Counted from the stretch's first letter, positions 29,620 to 41,510 are shown. The stretch: 64,000 nucleotides of DNA from an uncultured Actinomycetota bacterium (GCA_963770565.1 CAVYQE010000001.1:320001-384000); one strand, 5' to 3'. Made by a program: numbers and translations. The notes: generated by a model not told the origin, from the letters alone.

Positions 29620-32133
29620 CTATTCATAGCGCAGGGCTTCGATCGGATCGAGGCGCGAGGCTTTCCAGGCCGGGTAGAAGCCGAACACCAGGCCCACCGT
29701 CAGCGAGACGGCCACCGCCGCGATCACCGCCGGCAGCGAGAATTGGGTGGGCAAATGCCCGACCCGTCGCGCGACGACCGAAATGATCCGCGCGATGGTG
29801 ATCCCGATCGCCCCGCCGAGCAAGCAGATAATGACCGCCTCGGTGATGAACTGGCGGAGGATGTCCTTGGGCCGGGCGCCGACGGCCATCCGCAGCCCGA
29901 TTTCGCGGGTCCGTTCGGTCACCGAGACGAGCATGATGTTCATGATCCCCACGCCGCCGACCAACAGCGAAATGCCGGCCACCACCAACAGGAAGATCGT
30001 CATCGTGCCGACGACCTTGAACAGGGCATGGCTGATTTCGGTCATGTCGCGGATGCTGAAATCGTTGGGATTGCCCGGCTTGATGCGGTGCCGCTCGTGC
30101 AACAGATCGGTGATCTGCGCGATGGCGGCGGGCACCTCCTCGGCCGAGCGGCCTTGGACGAGGATTTGGTCGACCGAAGTGAAGCGGATCGGCTGCGGCC
30201 GATCGGCGGCCTCGGTCGCCGAAAGGGCCGGATAGAGCGAGGTCACGACGCTCGGATAAAGCTGGTTGAGCGTGTTGACCGCGGTGCTCGTGCTGCCGTT
30301 GGCCGCGCTGGCCGAGGAACTCTGATTCACGTTGCCCAGCGACGAGCCGCTCACGCGATACTTGATCGTGGTCCAGGGAGCGAGCACGAAATCGTCTTGA
30401 TCCATGCCGAAAGTGTTTGCCCCTTTGACGCTCAGCAGGCCGACCACGCGGAACGTGACGTTCTGCATCCGCACGTCCTTGCCGATGGGCGATTCGTCGC
30501 CGAAGAGATTCTTCGCCACTGTTTGGCCGAGCACGCAGACGGCCGCGCTGTTGCGGACGTCGCGATTGGTGAATACCGCCCCGGCCGCCAGATTCTCCCA
30601 ATCGCGGATCTTGAGAAAATCGGGCGTGCTGCCGTAGATGCTCATCGGCACCCAATTGCGGCTGCCGTGGACGATCTGGCAGCGGGCCCGCACCACCGGC
30701 GCGACGGCCGTGACGGCCGGGCATTCGCGGGCAATCGCTTCGGCGTCTTGGGGCGTGAGCGTCATCACGCTGCCGCTGCCGAAGCTCACTCCGCCGCTGG
30801 AGGCCGTTCCCGGCATCACCTGCAACAGATTGGCCCCCATGCTGGCCATCGTCTTCTTCATGGCGGCCGACGAGCCTTGGCCGATCTCGATCACCGAGAT
30901 CACCGCGGCAATCCCGATGATGATCCCCAGGGCGGTCAGGATCGAGCGAAAGATATTCCGCTTGAGGGCGATCAGCGCCGTGCTGATGGTTCGCGGCATC
31001 AAGCGCACCGCCGGCATCCGCAGCGGGACGGCCCTGGCGCGGCGGGCGGCGATCGATTCGATGACCGGCTCCGCCACCGCCGGCGCGGTTGCCGATGCCG
31101 CCGCCGGCTCGGCTACCGCGACGGCCGCCGTGGCCGCGTGGATCGGCGCGACGCCGGCCTGCGTGTCGTCGCCGCCGCCGCCTGCCGTCGCCACCGCAAC
31201 CGCCTCGGGTGCCCGTGCCTCGATCCGGCCGTTCCCCGACGCGAAACCGTTCCCGCCCGACCCATTTCCGTTCGACCCATTTCCGCCCAACCCATTTCCG
31301 CCCGCCCCGTTTCCGTTCGACCCGTTTCCGCTTGGACCATGACTGCCCGCGGCGCGGTCGTGATCGACCGACCCATTGCCGTGGTGCGAATTGGCTGATC
31401 CGTTTGCCCCGCCGGGACCGGCGGGCGCGACATCGAGCGAACTCTCCATCCCGGCGGGGTCGCCGATCAGGCCGTCTTTGATGAAGATGATGCGATCGGC
31501 ATGACGGGCGACGTTCATATCGTGCGTCACCAAGATCACGGTGATGCCTTGCTCGCGATTGAGCCGCCGAAACATTTCGAGGATTTCGACGCTTGTTTTG
31601 GAATCCAGATTTCCGGTTGGCTCGTCGGCCAGCAGGATCGGCGGATGATTGACCAACGACCGCGAGATGGCGACGCGCTGCTGCTGGCCGCCGGAAAGCT
31701 GCGACGGCTCGTGGTAGACGCGATCGCCGAGGCCCACCTCGGTGAGCAGCGCGGTAGCCCGCTCGAGTTCGTGGCGATTCGACCAGGGCTTCAAGGCATA
31801 GCTCAGCGGCATCCGCACGTTGTCGATGGCGGTGGTGCGGGCGAGCAGATTGAAGCTTTGAAAGACGAACCCGATATTGCGGTTGCGAACTCTGGCCCGT
31901 TTGTCGGCGGAGAGTTGCGACACCTCCTCGCCATTGAGCCAGAATTGCCCCGAGGTCGGGCGATCGAGCAGCCCGAGGATGTTCATCAGCGTCGATTTGC
32001 CCGAGCCCGAGGCGCCCATCAGCGCGACCATCTCCCCCTCCGCGATCGCCAACGAGATTCCCTTGAGCACAGGCACATCGACCTCGCCCAGGAAATAGGT
32101 CTTATACAGATTCTCGATGCGGATGATTTCCAT
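29620..32133 (-). CDS. macB: MacB-family ABC transporter (ATPase + permease fusion)
   Basis: GASGSGKST, LSGGQQQR, GGVGIMNIMLVSVTERTREIG, LDPIEALRYE. Confidence 0.93.
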   Translation of the reverse strand: MEIIRIENLYKTYFLGEVDVPVLKGISLAIAEGEMVALMGASGSGKSTLMNILGLLDRPTSGQFWLNGEEVSQLSADKRARVRNRNIGFVFQSFNLLARTTAIDNVRMPLSYALKPWSNRHELERATALLTEVGLGDRVYHEPSQLSGGQQQRVAISRSLVNHPPILLADEPTGNLDSKTSVEILEMFRRLNREQGITVILVTHDMNVARHADRIIFIKDGLIGDPAGMESSLDVAPAGPGGANGSANSHHGNGSVDHDRAAGSHGPSGNGSNGNGAGGNGLGGNGSNGNGSGGNGFASGNGRIEARAPEAVAVATAGGGGDDTQAGVAPIHAATAAVAVAEPAAASATAPAVAEPVIESIAARRARAVPLRMPAVRLMPRTISTALIALKRNIFRSILTALGIIIGIAAVISVIEIGQGSSAAMKKTMASMGANLLQVMPGTASSGGVSFGSGSVMTLTPQDAEAIARECPAVTAVAPVVRARCQIVHGSRNWVPMSIYGSTPDFLKIRDWENLAAGAVFTNRDVRNSAAVCVLGQTVAKNLFGDESPIGKDVRMQNVTFRVVGLLSVKGANTFGMDQDDFVLAPWTTIKYRVSGSSLGNVNQSSSASAANGSTSTAVNTLNQLYPSVVTSLYPALSATEAADRPQPIRFTSVDQILVQGRSAEEVPAAIAQITDLLHERHRIKPGNPNDFSIRDMTEISHALFKVVGTMTIFLLVVAGISLLVGGVGIMNIMLVSVTERTREIGLRMAVGARPKDILRQFITEAVIICLLGGAIGITIARIISVVARRVGHLPTQFSLPAVIAAVAVSLTVGLVFGFYPAWKASRLDPIEALRYE

Positions 32134-32237
32134 GGGATTTCATTCGTCCTTGCGCCGATTCGCTGTGCCGCGCGAGTGCGTTCGGCGGCGGTGGGCGTGA
32201 TCGAGCGCGATGCTGTGGGTGCGCGGCGGATTGGACT

Positions 32238-33551
32238 TTAGTGGTGCTTGCCGAACAGTTTCGGAGCAAACGGATTCTCGACCGAGCCGCCGGCGTCGCC
32301 GTGCGATTCGCCGGTGACGACCTGGTCGCCTGCCTTGATGTCGCCGCCGGTGATTTCGGTCGAGGTGCCGTCCGAGGCGCCGATCTTCACCTTGATCGGT
32401 TGCACGAACTCTCCGTCGGCGAGCCAAAGCGTGCCCTGCTGGCGCTGCTTCTTCTCGGCCTTCAGGTTGGGGGCCTTCCCCGCGCCCTCGGAACCCTCAG
32501 GGGGGCCGTTATGACTTCGCGCCTTGAGCTGCTTGGCGAAGGCCGCCCGGTCTTCCGGCCGGACTTGCTGCACTTGCGGCCGCCAGCGCAGGGCGATGTT
32601 CGGCGCCAGGACGACGTTGTCGTGCTTGCCCGCGTCGAACTGCACATTGGCCGTTTGATAGGGGAGCAGCTTGCCCTCGGAGTTGTCGGCCGTGATCACC
32701 ACCGTGTAGGTCACGACGTTTTGCGTCATCTGGGCGTTCAAGCGGAGTTGGCTGACCGTCCCCTTGAAGACCAGATCGGGCTGGGCGTCGACCGTGAATG
32801 TCACGTCCTGTCCCGGATGGATCTGACCGATATCGGCCTCGTTCACCGCCGACCAAATCTGCATCCGCTTGAGATCGCGGGCGATCAGAAACAGGCTGGG
32901 GGCGTTGAGACTGGCCACCACCGTCTGGCCGACGTTCACGCGGCGGTCGATGATCGTGCCGTTCACGGGCGATTTGATTTCGGTGTAACCGAGGTTGATC
33001 TTGGCCTGCTTGAGAGCGGCGTTGGCTTGGTCGACTTCGGAATGGGCCAGGGCCAGCGACGCGATGGCCAGTTTCTGATTGGCCACCGCGGCGTCGTAGT
33101 CGGCTTGGCTGATGGCTTGGCTCGGCAATTCCTTCGTATCTCGGTCCAAATCGGCCTTGGCTTGGTCGATCTTTGCTTGGGCCGAGAGGACATCGGCATT
33201 GGCCTTCTCCCAATTCGCCTGGGCCGAATCGACCTGCGTTTGATAAAGGGCCGGGTCGATATGCGCCAAGAGCGTGCCCGCCTGGACCCGCGAGTTGTAG
33301 TCGATCGGCTGGTCGGGATGATCGAGATCATGGCCGAAAGAAACGATCAGGCCGGCCACCTGGGCGCCGACGTCGATCACTTCTTCCGGTTCGAGCGTGC
33401 CGGTGGCCCGAATCACCAGATCGAGATTGCCGCGATCGACCTTGACGGTCGTGAAATGAGTGGCCGGGGCGCTCTCGTAATTCTGATAGAAATAGTATCC
33501 GCCGCCGGCGACCATCGCGATGAACGCCAGTGAAATGATGAAGGTCTTCAT
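32238..33551 (-). CDS. MacA-like efflux periplasmic adaptor subunit
   Basis: ATGTLEP..VGAQVAG, IKSPVNGTII.R.VNVGQTV, VNEADIG. Confidence 0.9.
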   Translation of the reverse strand: MKTFIISLAFIAMVAGGGYYFYQNYESAPATHFTTVKVDRGNLDLVIRATGTLEPEEVIDVGAQVAGLIVSFGHDLDHPDQPIDYNSRVQAGTLLAHIDPALYQTQVDSAQANWEKANADVLSAQAKIDQAKADLDRDTKELPSQAISQADYDAAVANQKLAIASLALAHSEVDQANAALKQAKINLGYTEIKSPVNGTIIDRRVNVGQTVVASLNAPSLFLIARDLKRMQIWSAVNEADIGQIHPGQDVTFTVDAQPDLVFKGTVSQLRLNAQMTQNVVTYTVVITADNSEGKLLPYQTANVQFDAGKHDNVVLAPNIALRWRPQVQQVRPEDRAAFAKQLKARSHNGPPEGSEGAGKAPNLKAEKKQRQQGTLWLADGEFVQPIKVKIGASDGTSTEITGGDIKAGDQVVTGESHGDAGGSVENPFAPKLFGKHH

Positions 33552-33909
33552 GGTAGGATGTCTTTCAACGGGATGGCTTGACTCTCGACGATTCCATTTA
33601 TCCATTACGCGGCTTGAGAAGGCGGCGTTCGACTGGCATTATAGGCGAAAACCGCTCGTCCCACCTAGATTATCCTGTCGGCTTGTCCCCGATTCCCCGC
33701 CAAGTCGGAGATTTCGTCATATCTACCGCTGCGGAAATGGTTTCGGTCGATTCGGCGACTGCGCAGCGGCCGACGACGCGCTGATCTGGAATAGAATTGC
33801 CGTTCGGCCGATTTACCGGACAAATTCGACTGACAACGGACGACGGCTCACCGACAAAGTTCAACCGCGACCCGCCAGGGGGGCGCGGCAACGGACCACG
33901 AACCCCCCC

Positions 33910-34743
33910 ATGAAATTCGCGATCTGCAACGAGACGTTCCGCGATTGGCCGTTGCCGCCGGCTTTGGACTTTGCCGCCCGTTGCGGCTATGGGGGGATCG
34001 AATTTGCCCCCTTCACGCTCGGCCCATCGGTCGGCGAAATCTCGGCCGAGCGGCGCCGCGAGGTGGCCCGCGCGGTTCGCGAGGCCGGCTTGCAGACCGT
34101 CGGCCTGCATTGGCTGTTGGCCCAAACCGAGGGGCTGCATCTGACTTCCCCCGACTCGACGGTTCGCGGCCGGACGGCCGATTATCTGGCCCAACTCGCC
34201 CGCCTTTGCGCCGATCTGGGCGGCGCGCTCATGGTGCTCGGCTCGCCGCAGCAACGCAATCTCGCGCCGGGCGTCGGCGCGGGCGAGGGGCTGCATTATG
34301 CCGCCGACGTGATTCGCAGGGCGCTCCCCACGCTGGAAGCGACCGGCGTGGTGCTGGCGATCGAACCGCTCGGTCCGGCGGAGGGCAACTTCCTGCTCAC
34401 GGCCGCCGAGGCGGTGCAATTGATCGACCTGATCGGTTCGCCCCACTGTCGGCTGCACCTGGATTGCAAGGCCATGTCGAGCGAAGCGACGCCGATTCCG
34501 GACCTGATCCGCCGGCATCGGGAGCAACTTGTGCATTTTCATGCCAATGATCCGAATCGCCAAGGCCCGGGGTTCGGCGAACTCAAGTTCGAGCCGATCC
34601 TGGCGGCGCTCGAGGAGATCGGCTATCGGGGTTGGGTTTCGGTCGAAGTGTTCGACTACAGCCCCGGCATCGAGCCGCTGGCCCGCCGCAGCATCGAATA
34701 TCTGCGCGCCTGTGAGGCGCGGATTGCCGCGGCCAACGGATGA
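33910..34743 (+). CDS. Sugar phosphate isomerase/epimerase (D-tagatose 3-epimerase-like)
   Basis: IEPL, LHLD, HFHAND, GWVSVEVF metal ligands. Confidence 0.88.
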   Translation: MKFAICNETFRDWPLPPALDFAARCGYGGIEFAPFTLGPSVGEISAERRREVARAVREAGLQTVGLHWLLAQTEGLHLTSPDSTVRGRTADYLAQLARLCADLGGALMVLGSPQQRNLAPGVGAGEGLHYAADVIRRALPTLEATGVVLAIEPLGPAEGNFLLTAAEAVQLIDLIGSPHCRLHLDCKAMSSEATPIPDLIRRHREQLVHFHANDPNRQGPGFGELKFEPILAALEEIGYRGWVSVEVFDYSPGIEPLARRSIEYLRACEARIAAANG

Positions 34744-34793
34744 TCCAGAGGAGTGGCAAAGGCGTCCGTCTCGCATAGCCGCGGGCTGCGCAC

Positions 34794-35120
34794 GGGCTGT
34801 GCAATCTGTGCGGTTTCGAAGTGGAATTCGAATTAGTGTTTTGGTTGGTTTTTGTTCCGCCCAAGTACTCGCGCGATTCCGACTCCGAGGTGGCATGAAA
34901 TTCATCCCGACAGGGATGCCAGACACTAGCCGGCGGTTGAGGCCGCAGGCCGACACCGCCAGTATCGGAACGCGAAAACCAGCTTCGACCCCGGTAGGGG
35001 TCGCAGAGCGCTGGCACCCCTATCGGGGTGCAAAAGGGGATTATTCGATTTCACGACCGGTGGTATCGGCCTGACGGCCTCAACCACCGGCTAATGTCTG
35101 GGAACCCTACCGGGTTCCTG
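34794..35120. mobile_element. Inverted copy of the composite element at 7215-7620
   Basis: High similarity on the reverse strand. Confidence 0.75.
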
Positions 35121-35339
35121 GTGCTCGACCACCATCGACAAACGGACCAAGGCTGAGGTCGCCGAAGGGAAGCCCGCTCGAGCGGGCTGCCGAAATTCTT
35201 TCCGTGCGGAATCCCGCGGCATAAATGCCGGGGCCACGTGAAAAAGCCGGCGCCGCCTTTTGCTCGTCCTTATTGGCGGTCGCCCTCGCCGCAGACTGTG
35301 CGATCCGTGACGGTTTTCGGCCGATTCGGAGCTGCGCTG

Positions 35340-36721
35340 CTACTTCGTCTCGCGTTGTGCGACGGTCACGACGCGCAGGTCGCAGACGTTGGTGTGCGTC
35401 GGCCCGGTTTGCAGTAGCGCGTCGAGCGGCTGGAAATAATGGTAGGCGTCGTTGCGATGCAGGAAATCGTCGGCGTCGAGATTCCGCCGCTGCCCGGCCG
35501 CGATGACCGCCGCATCGACAATCGCCCCGGCCGCGTCGGTCGGACCGTCCTCGCCGTCGGTCCCCGCGGAGACCAGCGCGATGCCTTGCGGATCGTGCTG
35601 AGCCAGGCGGATCAGGGCGGCCAGGGCAAGCTGCTGATTTCGCCCCCCCAGGCCACGCTCTTGTTCGGCCACGAGTCGCACCGTCCCCTCGCCGCCGGAG
35701 ATCAAGCAATCGGGGCCCCGCGAGTCGCGCATTGCCAGCGCCATGTCGGCCAGATGTCGGCCGATCTCCTCGACCGGTCCTTCCGGCTGCGTCGCGGAAA
35801 TCATCGCGTGAGAATAGCCGAATCGTTCCGCTGCGAGCCCCGCCGCATCGACGGCCGTCGCATTGTTGCCGATCACGACATTCGTCACGCGGCAACGCGG
35901 GGCACTTCGCCGCAAGTCCGGCCCGCGCGACGCATCGGCTGGCGAGAGATGCTCCCTCACGCTCGCGGGAATCGCCGTCTCATCTGGATCGAATTGCTTG
36001 AGCACGGCCAGGGCTTCGGCGGCCGTCGAGCGATCTTCGACCGTCGGTCCCGAGGCGATCACGTCGAGCGGATCGCCGGGCACGTCGGAGATCACCAGGG
36101 CCAGCAGCCGGCCGGCGCGGCAGGCCCGCGCAAGCCGCCCCCTTTGATGCGGCTGAGTTGCTTGCGCACGATGTTGAGTTGCTCGATATTCGCGCCGGCC
36201 GCGCTCAAGTGCCGCGTGACGGCGAGCAGATCGGCGAGCGAAATCCCGGCCACGGGAGCGGGCAACAGCGCCGATCCCCCGCCCGAGATCAGGGCGATGC
36301 ACAAATCGTCGGCCTCCAACGCGCCGACAATCCGCAGAATCTCTTCCGCCCCGGCGATCCCTGCCGCAGTCGGCTCGTTTTGCCCGGCGGGACGCGCAGC
36401 GTGCAGCCGAATCCGGTCGAGCGGCCGCACGCAATCGGCCGGCACATTGACCCAGCCGTCGAGCCGCTTCGCCGCGGACCACTCCGGGCCGATCGTCTGC
36501 TCGAGCGCGGCGGCCATTCCGGCCCCGGCCTTCCCCGCTCCGACCACGGCGATTCGCCCGACGCCGCGCAAATCGATCGGCTCTTCATCGCCGGCCGTCA
36601 ACCAGTGGTCGTCGAGGCGGAGCGCCTCGGTCATCAACCGCTCCGACTGCACGGCTTCGAGCCCGGCCCGCCAAATCTGCAGGGCCTCGTCGCGCAGTTG
36701 GCTGGGGGAGCGATGGTTCAT
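35340..36721 (-). CDS. Glycerate 2-kinase (DUF4147/MOFRL) family; frameshift near 36140
   Basis: GAGKA, ISGGGSAL, SDVPGD, GGRNQ, GTDGEDGPT, TGPTHTNV. Confidence 0.9.
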
Positions 36722-37220
36722 CGTTCGATGCGTGGGTTGGCGATCCAGATTGTTCGTCGCGCGAGGGTCGGGCGGCGTATCGTGCGGCGCAGAGCTTGAT
36801 TATCTTCCGTCGGCGGCCGGATGGGCAAGCGGATTTGCGACGTATTCGCGGGCGGAAGCTGGCGCGGTGCGGGAAGCTTTCCTGGCGACGATTGTGCCAC
36901 TGCTTGGCGGCTACCACCGGCGGTGAAGTGTCACCAGGAATCGCGACGGCAGCCGCCAAGCAGTGCTCGCGGCAACCGGCGCGCCGCACTGCTTGCCAAC
37001 CGCCGAACAGCCCGACTCTTGGGGCATCGACAACCGCGACGGTTGGCAAGCAGTGGCACGAACTGCCGACGCTGCACCCTCACCGGAATTCCGGTATCGC
37101 CAAAAATCCTTGCCGCGCTGCGCCCGGCACCGCGCCTGGCACCGAGGGAGCAAAACCGATCGACGTCTGTTACTATAGGGAAAAATGCTTTCGATTCACG
37201 CAATCCGAGGCCCGATTGGC

Positions 37221-39554
37221 ATGAAAACATTTCAAACTGTCGCCGTGGCGCCGTTCGCGGTTCGCAACCCCGCGATGACTGCTCGCTTGGCCCGCCGCGC
37301 GCTCGTTAGCGCGAGCGGCTCGTTGCTGCTGCTGCTCGCGGCGGCCGGTCCGCTCCGGGCCCAGGGGACTCGGGCCGATTACAACCGCGCGAATCATCTG
37401 GCGGAGACCGTGCGGCATAAAGTGTTTCGCGCCACGGTCACGCCGCATTGGTTCGCAAAGGATCGGTTTTGGTATCGAAACGATCTGGCCGGCGGCGGCC
37501 GCGAATTCATCGTGGTCGATGCGGCGGCGGGAACGCGCCGCCCGGCATTCGATCCAGTCCGGCTCGCGGCGGCGCTCGCCAAGCGCTCGGGCCAGGAGAT
37601 CGCCGCCGACAAGCTGCCGATCGACCGCATCGAGTTTGCCGGATCGGACGGGCCGCTCGTGTTCGCCGCCTTGGGCCGCGGTTGGCAACTCGACTTGGCG
37701 ACCTACAAGATCAAAGAGCATGCGCCGCCGAAGCCGCTCGACGATCGCCCGCAACGGCGCGGCGAGCGGGGCGGGCGCGGCATTCGCGGCGGCCGCCGGC
37801 AAAGCCCGCCCCCCGACGCCGACTCGCCCGACGGCCATTGGCGGGCCTTCGTCAAACACAACAACGTCTATCTGCGCCACCTGAAAGACGGAGCCGAATC
37901 CAAACTCAGCGACGACGGCGCGCCCGACGACGCCTACTCCGGACAATTCTACTGGTCTCCCGACTCGAAGCGGCTCGTCGCCCTGCGCACCAAGCCGGGG
38001 CAGCAGCACAAAGTCTATCTCATCGAATCCTCGCCCCCCGACCAATTGCAGCCGAAGCTCCTCTCTTACGACTATCTCAAGCCGGGCGATCGCATCCCGC
38101 TCACCAAGCCGCACCTTTTCGACGTGACCGAGAAAAAGCAAATCCCCGTGAGCGACGAACTGTTTCCCAATCCTTGGAGCATCGGCCAGGTGCGCTGGGA
38201 CCGCGACTCGCGGCGATTCACGTTTCTCTACAACCAGCGCGGCCATCAAACGCTCCGGATCATTGCCGTCGACGCCGACAGCGGCGCAGCCCGCGCGCTC
38301 ATCGACGAACGCAGCAAAACCTTCATCGACTATGCCGGCAAGACGTTCGTGCGCTATCTCGACGCCCCGGGCGAAATCATCTGGATGTCGGAGCGCGACG
38401 GCTGGAATCACCTCTATCTCTACGACGCCAAGACGGGCAAAGTGAAGAACCAGATCACGCGCGGCTCGTGGGTCGTGCGCGGCATCGATCGGGTGGACGA
38501 CAAGAAGCGGCAAATCTGGTTTCGCGCGGGGGGAATTCGTCCCGAGCAGGATCCCTATTTCATCCATTATTGCCGCGTGAATTTCGACGGCAGCGGCTTG
38601 ACGATCCTCACCGCGGGAAACGGCACGCACACGGTCGCGTTTTCGCCCGACCGCCGGTTCTTGCTCGACACCTGGTCGCGCGTCGATCAGCCGCCGGTCA
38701 CCGAGCTGCGCAGCGCCGAGAGCGGCAAGTTGATCTGCCCGCTGGAAAAGGCCGACGCCAAGCGTCTGTTGGCAATCGGCTGGAAGATGCCCGAGCCGTT
38801 TGTGGCCAAGGGGCGCGACGGCAAGACCGATATCTACGGCGTCATCTATCGGCCGATGCAGTTCGATCCGCACCGGAAGTATCCCGTGCTCGAAGACATT
38901 TACGCCGGCCCGCAAGATTCGTTCGTTCCCAAGTCGTTCCGCGAATTTCGCCGCCAGCAGGCGATGGCCGAATTGGGATTCATCGTCGTGCAGATCGACG
39001 GGATGGGGACATCGAACCGCTCGAAGGCGTTTCACGACGTGTGCTGGAAGAATCTGGCCGATGCGGGGTTGCCCGATCGGATCGCTTGGATCAAAGCGGC
39101 GGCGGCGAAGTATCCGGCGCTCGACACGCAGCGCGTCGGCATCTATGGCACGTCGGCCGGCGGGCAAAGCGCGCTGGGGGCGCTGTTGTTCCACGGCGAT
39201 TTCTACAAGGCGGCGGTCGCCGATTGCGGCTGCCACGACAATCGGATGGACAAAATCTGGTGGAACGAACTCTGGATGGGCTGGCCGATCGGGCCGCAAT
39301 ACGCGGCAAGTTCCAATGTGACCAACGCCCACCGCCTGAAGGGCAAGCTGCTGTTGATCGTCGGCGAGACCGATCACAATGTCGATCCGGCCTCGACGAT
39401 GCAAGTGGTGAATGCCCTGATCAAGGCCGACAAGGATTTCGACCTGCTCGTGATCCCCGGCGCCGACCACGGCCAAGACGGCGCGTATGGCAACCGACGC
39501 CGCGAGGATTTCTTCGTGCGCAATCTGCTGGGGGTCGAGCCGCGGGCCAAGTGA
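37221..39554 (+). CDS. S9 family peptidase (DPP IV-like)
   Basis: GTSAGG nucleophile motif, D.NV, DHG; beta-propeller N-terminus; start uncertain. Confidence 0.92.
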   Translation: MKTFQTVAVAPFAVRNPAMTARLARRALVSASGSLLLLLAAAGPLRAQGTRADYNRANHLAETVRHKVFRATVTPHWFAKDRFWYRNDLAGGGREFIVVDAAAGTRRPAFDPVRLAAALAKRSGQEIAADKLPIDRIEFAGSDGPLVFAALGRGWQLDLATYKIKEHAPPKPLDDRPQRRGERGGRGIRGGRRQSPPPDADSPDGHWRAFVKHNNVYLRHLKDGAESKLSDDGAPDDAYSGQFYWSPDSKRLVALRTKPGQQHKVYLIESSPPDQLQPKLLSYDYLKPGDRIPLTKPHLFDVTEKKQIPVSDELFPNPWSIGQVRWDRDSRRFTFLYNQRGHQTLRIIAVDADSGAARALIDERSKTFIDYAGKTFVRYLDAPGEIIWMSERDGWNHLYLYDAKTGKVKNQITRGSWVVRGIDRVDDKKRQIWFRAGGIRPEQDPYFIHYCRVNFDGSGLTILTAGNGTHTVAFSPDRRFLLDTWSRVDQPPVTELRSAESGKLICPLEKADAKRLLAIGWKMPEPFVAKGRDGKTDIYGVIYRPMQFDPHRKYPVLEDIYAGPQDSFVPKSFREFRRQQAMAELGFIVVQIDGMGTSNRSKAFHDVCWKNLADAGLPDRIAWIKAAAAKYPALDTQRVGIYGTSAGGQSALGALLFHGDFYKAAVADCGCHDNRMDKIWWNELWMGWPIGPQYAASSNVTNAHRLKGKLLLIVGETDHNVDPASTMQVVNALIKADKDFDLLVIPGADHGQDGAYGNRRREDFFVRNLLGVEPRAK

Positions 39555-40272
39555 ACGCATTCGCGGCCGGCGGCGTGCGGCAAACCGCAACAGGCAGCGG
39601 CAGCGCAGCGTGCCAAGCGGCTCGGTTCAGTCGCGCGCGTCCTTCGCGCGACGCTGCGCGCTGCATAGCCCGGCCGGCAAAGACGCCGGAACCAGAACGA
39701 GCCGGAAATGAATCGAACAGCGCCAAAAAGCGTGGGGGGGACATCCAGGCCACGACCAGGTCGTCGAACTTTCGATCCCTACAGCCGCCGCCCCCCAAGC
39801 GAAAATTCCAACTGATTTATCCAGGTCCGCGAAAAACCAAGCTCGGCGCAATCTCAGCGCCGTTCGATCCGCCGGGATCTTCTTGCCTGGGAACCCACCG
39901 ACCGGCTGGCTCAGGCAAACGGTCGCGGGCCATCATCGGCCGCGATCGCCAACAACTAGAACTCAGCCGCCGAGCCTGCAACCACCCAAAAAACTTCTCA
40001 CTGGGAATCCGCTGAATTGGGAATCCAGTGAAGTTGAATTGCCGAACTGATGGAAACCTACGCGCAACGCGCTGGAATCAAAACGACATTTTGCTGCGCG
40101 TTTCCAAATTGTCAAGCAACAATTCGATGAAGTTTTTTCTCCCCGCGCAGAGGCTTGTTTTTCTCGAGCCGGCGCTCGCCGAAGTGCTAGCACGCGCACA
40201 GCGACGCGGCGCTTCGAACCGGCGCCATGGCGCAATCGACTCCCGGCCCCGCCGCGGCTTGCTGCGCCTCGA

Positions 40273-40710
40273 TCAGCGCACCGTCGGCGACCGACGCGCC
40301 TCGCGCAGCGCCGCGGATCGCCCCGCGATCACGGGAATCGCCAACGCCGGTCGCGGGCCATGCCAGGGATAGTTGAATGTCTCGCGATAATCGTACGGCA
40401 CCGCATAGTTGCCCGGATAGAACGCCGCACAATCCTTCAGCAGCCAAACGGGAGAATAGTTCCGGCAGCCGATCCACCCGTCGCGCGCGTCGATCCCGCC
40501 GGCGGGCGAAAAAGCCCGCGACTGCGGTTCTGCATCGCCGATCAGCCCGCGGCCGGTTGGAGCGGACACGACGCATTCGCCGACTTGAGCCGCCTGGGGC
40601 GCCGGCAGAGACTGCGCGACCACGATTGCGGGGGGATTCGCCCGCGCGCGGTCGCCCGAATTACCGCATGCGCCGGCCATCAACAAAACGGAAACAACGG
40701 CTGCTTGCAT
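40273..40710 (-). CDS. Hypothetical secreted protein
   Basis: Signal/lipoprotein-like N-terminus; PYDYRETFNYPW. Confidence 0.45.
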   Translation of the reverse strand: MQAAVVSVLLMAGACGNSGDRARANPPAIVVAQSLPAPQAAQVGECVVSAPTGRGLIGDAEPQSRAFSPAGGIDARDGWIGCRNYSPVWLLKDCAAFYPGNYAVPYDYRETFNYPWHGPRPALAIPVIAGRSAALREARRSPTVR

Positions 40711-40919
40711 CACGCGCTCCTTCAAGTGCCCGAGTCCGGCCGGCGCAACCGCGCGGGAGGTCGGCGCAAAACCGGCCGGAAGATCTGGATGTGTTAGTCT
40801 TATCGGCTCGGATGGTGCAGTCGCTTTAATCGGAAAAGCGAGTTCTCGCGGCGAATTCCCGAATCGCGGAGTTTCGGCTCTCGGCGATTCGGCGATTCGG
40901 CGATTCGGCGCTCGGGGCG

Positions 40920-41510
40920 TCAGCTCGCCGGGCCGGAGCTGGCCAGCAACAGCGAGATCTTGCGGTCGATTTCGGTCATCCGGGTGAGCAATTCGGTTTG
41001 GCGAACCACGTCCGGACCCGGCTTGACGGCGGCGAAGGAAATGACGCCGCCCGGTTCGAGCACGGCCCGATCGACTTCGCTCAAGCTGGCGAAGCCCTGT
41101 TTGTGGGCGGCGATTTCCAACTCGGCGAGCGTCATCAATTCGCTTTTGAGGCGCTCCATGCGGACTTTGCCGTTTTCGACAAGCACGTCCGGATCGCCTT
41201 CGATCAGCCGATCGAGCTTTTCATGCTTGTAAAGAAAGCGCACGAACAGGGCATTGGTGACCAACAGAGAAGTCGCCCCGATCACCCCCCCGCTGATCGA
41301 ATTGTCGGCGCCGATGATCGCGTTTTGCACGGTGTTCGAGAGCGTGAGCAGCACGATCAAGTCGAACGTGTTGAGCTGGGCCAGCTCGCGCTTGCCGGCC
41401 AACCGCAAGCTGATGATGAGAAAGAAGTAGACGATGACCGGGCGAATGATTTTTTCGAGCACCGGCAACTCCGAAACGAACATCCGTTGCAGCGCAATAT
41501 GATCGAGCAT
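40920..41510 (-). CDS. DUF421 (YetF) membrane protein
   Basis: LRLAGKRELAQL..FDL, LSNTVQNA, IEGDP..LVENG, AVLEPGG.IS. Confidence 0.9.
   Translation of the reverse strand: MLDHIALQRMFVSELPVLEKIIRPVIVYFFLIISLRLAGKRELAQLNTFDLIVLLTLSNTVQNAIIGADNSISGGVIGATSLLVTNALFVRFLYKHEKLDRLIEGDPDVLVENGKVRMERLKSELMTLAELEIAAHKQGFASLSEVDRAVLEPGGVISFAAVKPGPDVVRQTELLTRMTEIDRKISLLLASSGPAS

Noticed and set aside
37173-40015. Long overlapping ORFs (805 aa on -, 855 aa on +) and similar shadow ORFs elsewhere
   Set aside because: Arg/Pro-rich antisense or off-frame artefacts of high GC over real genes
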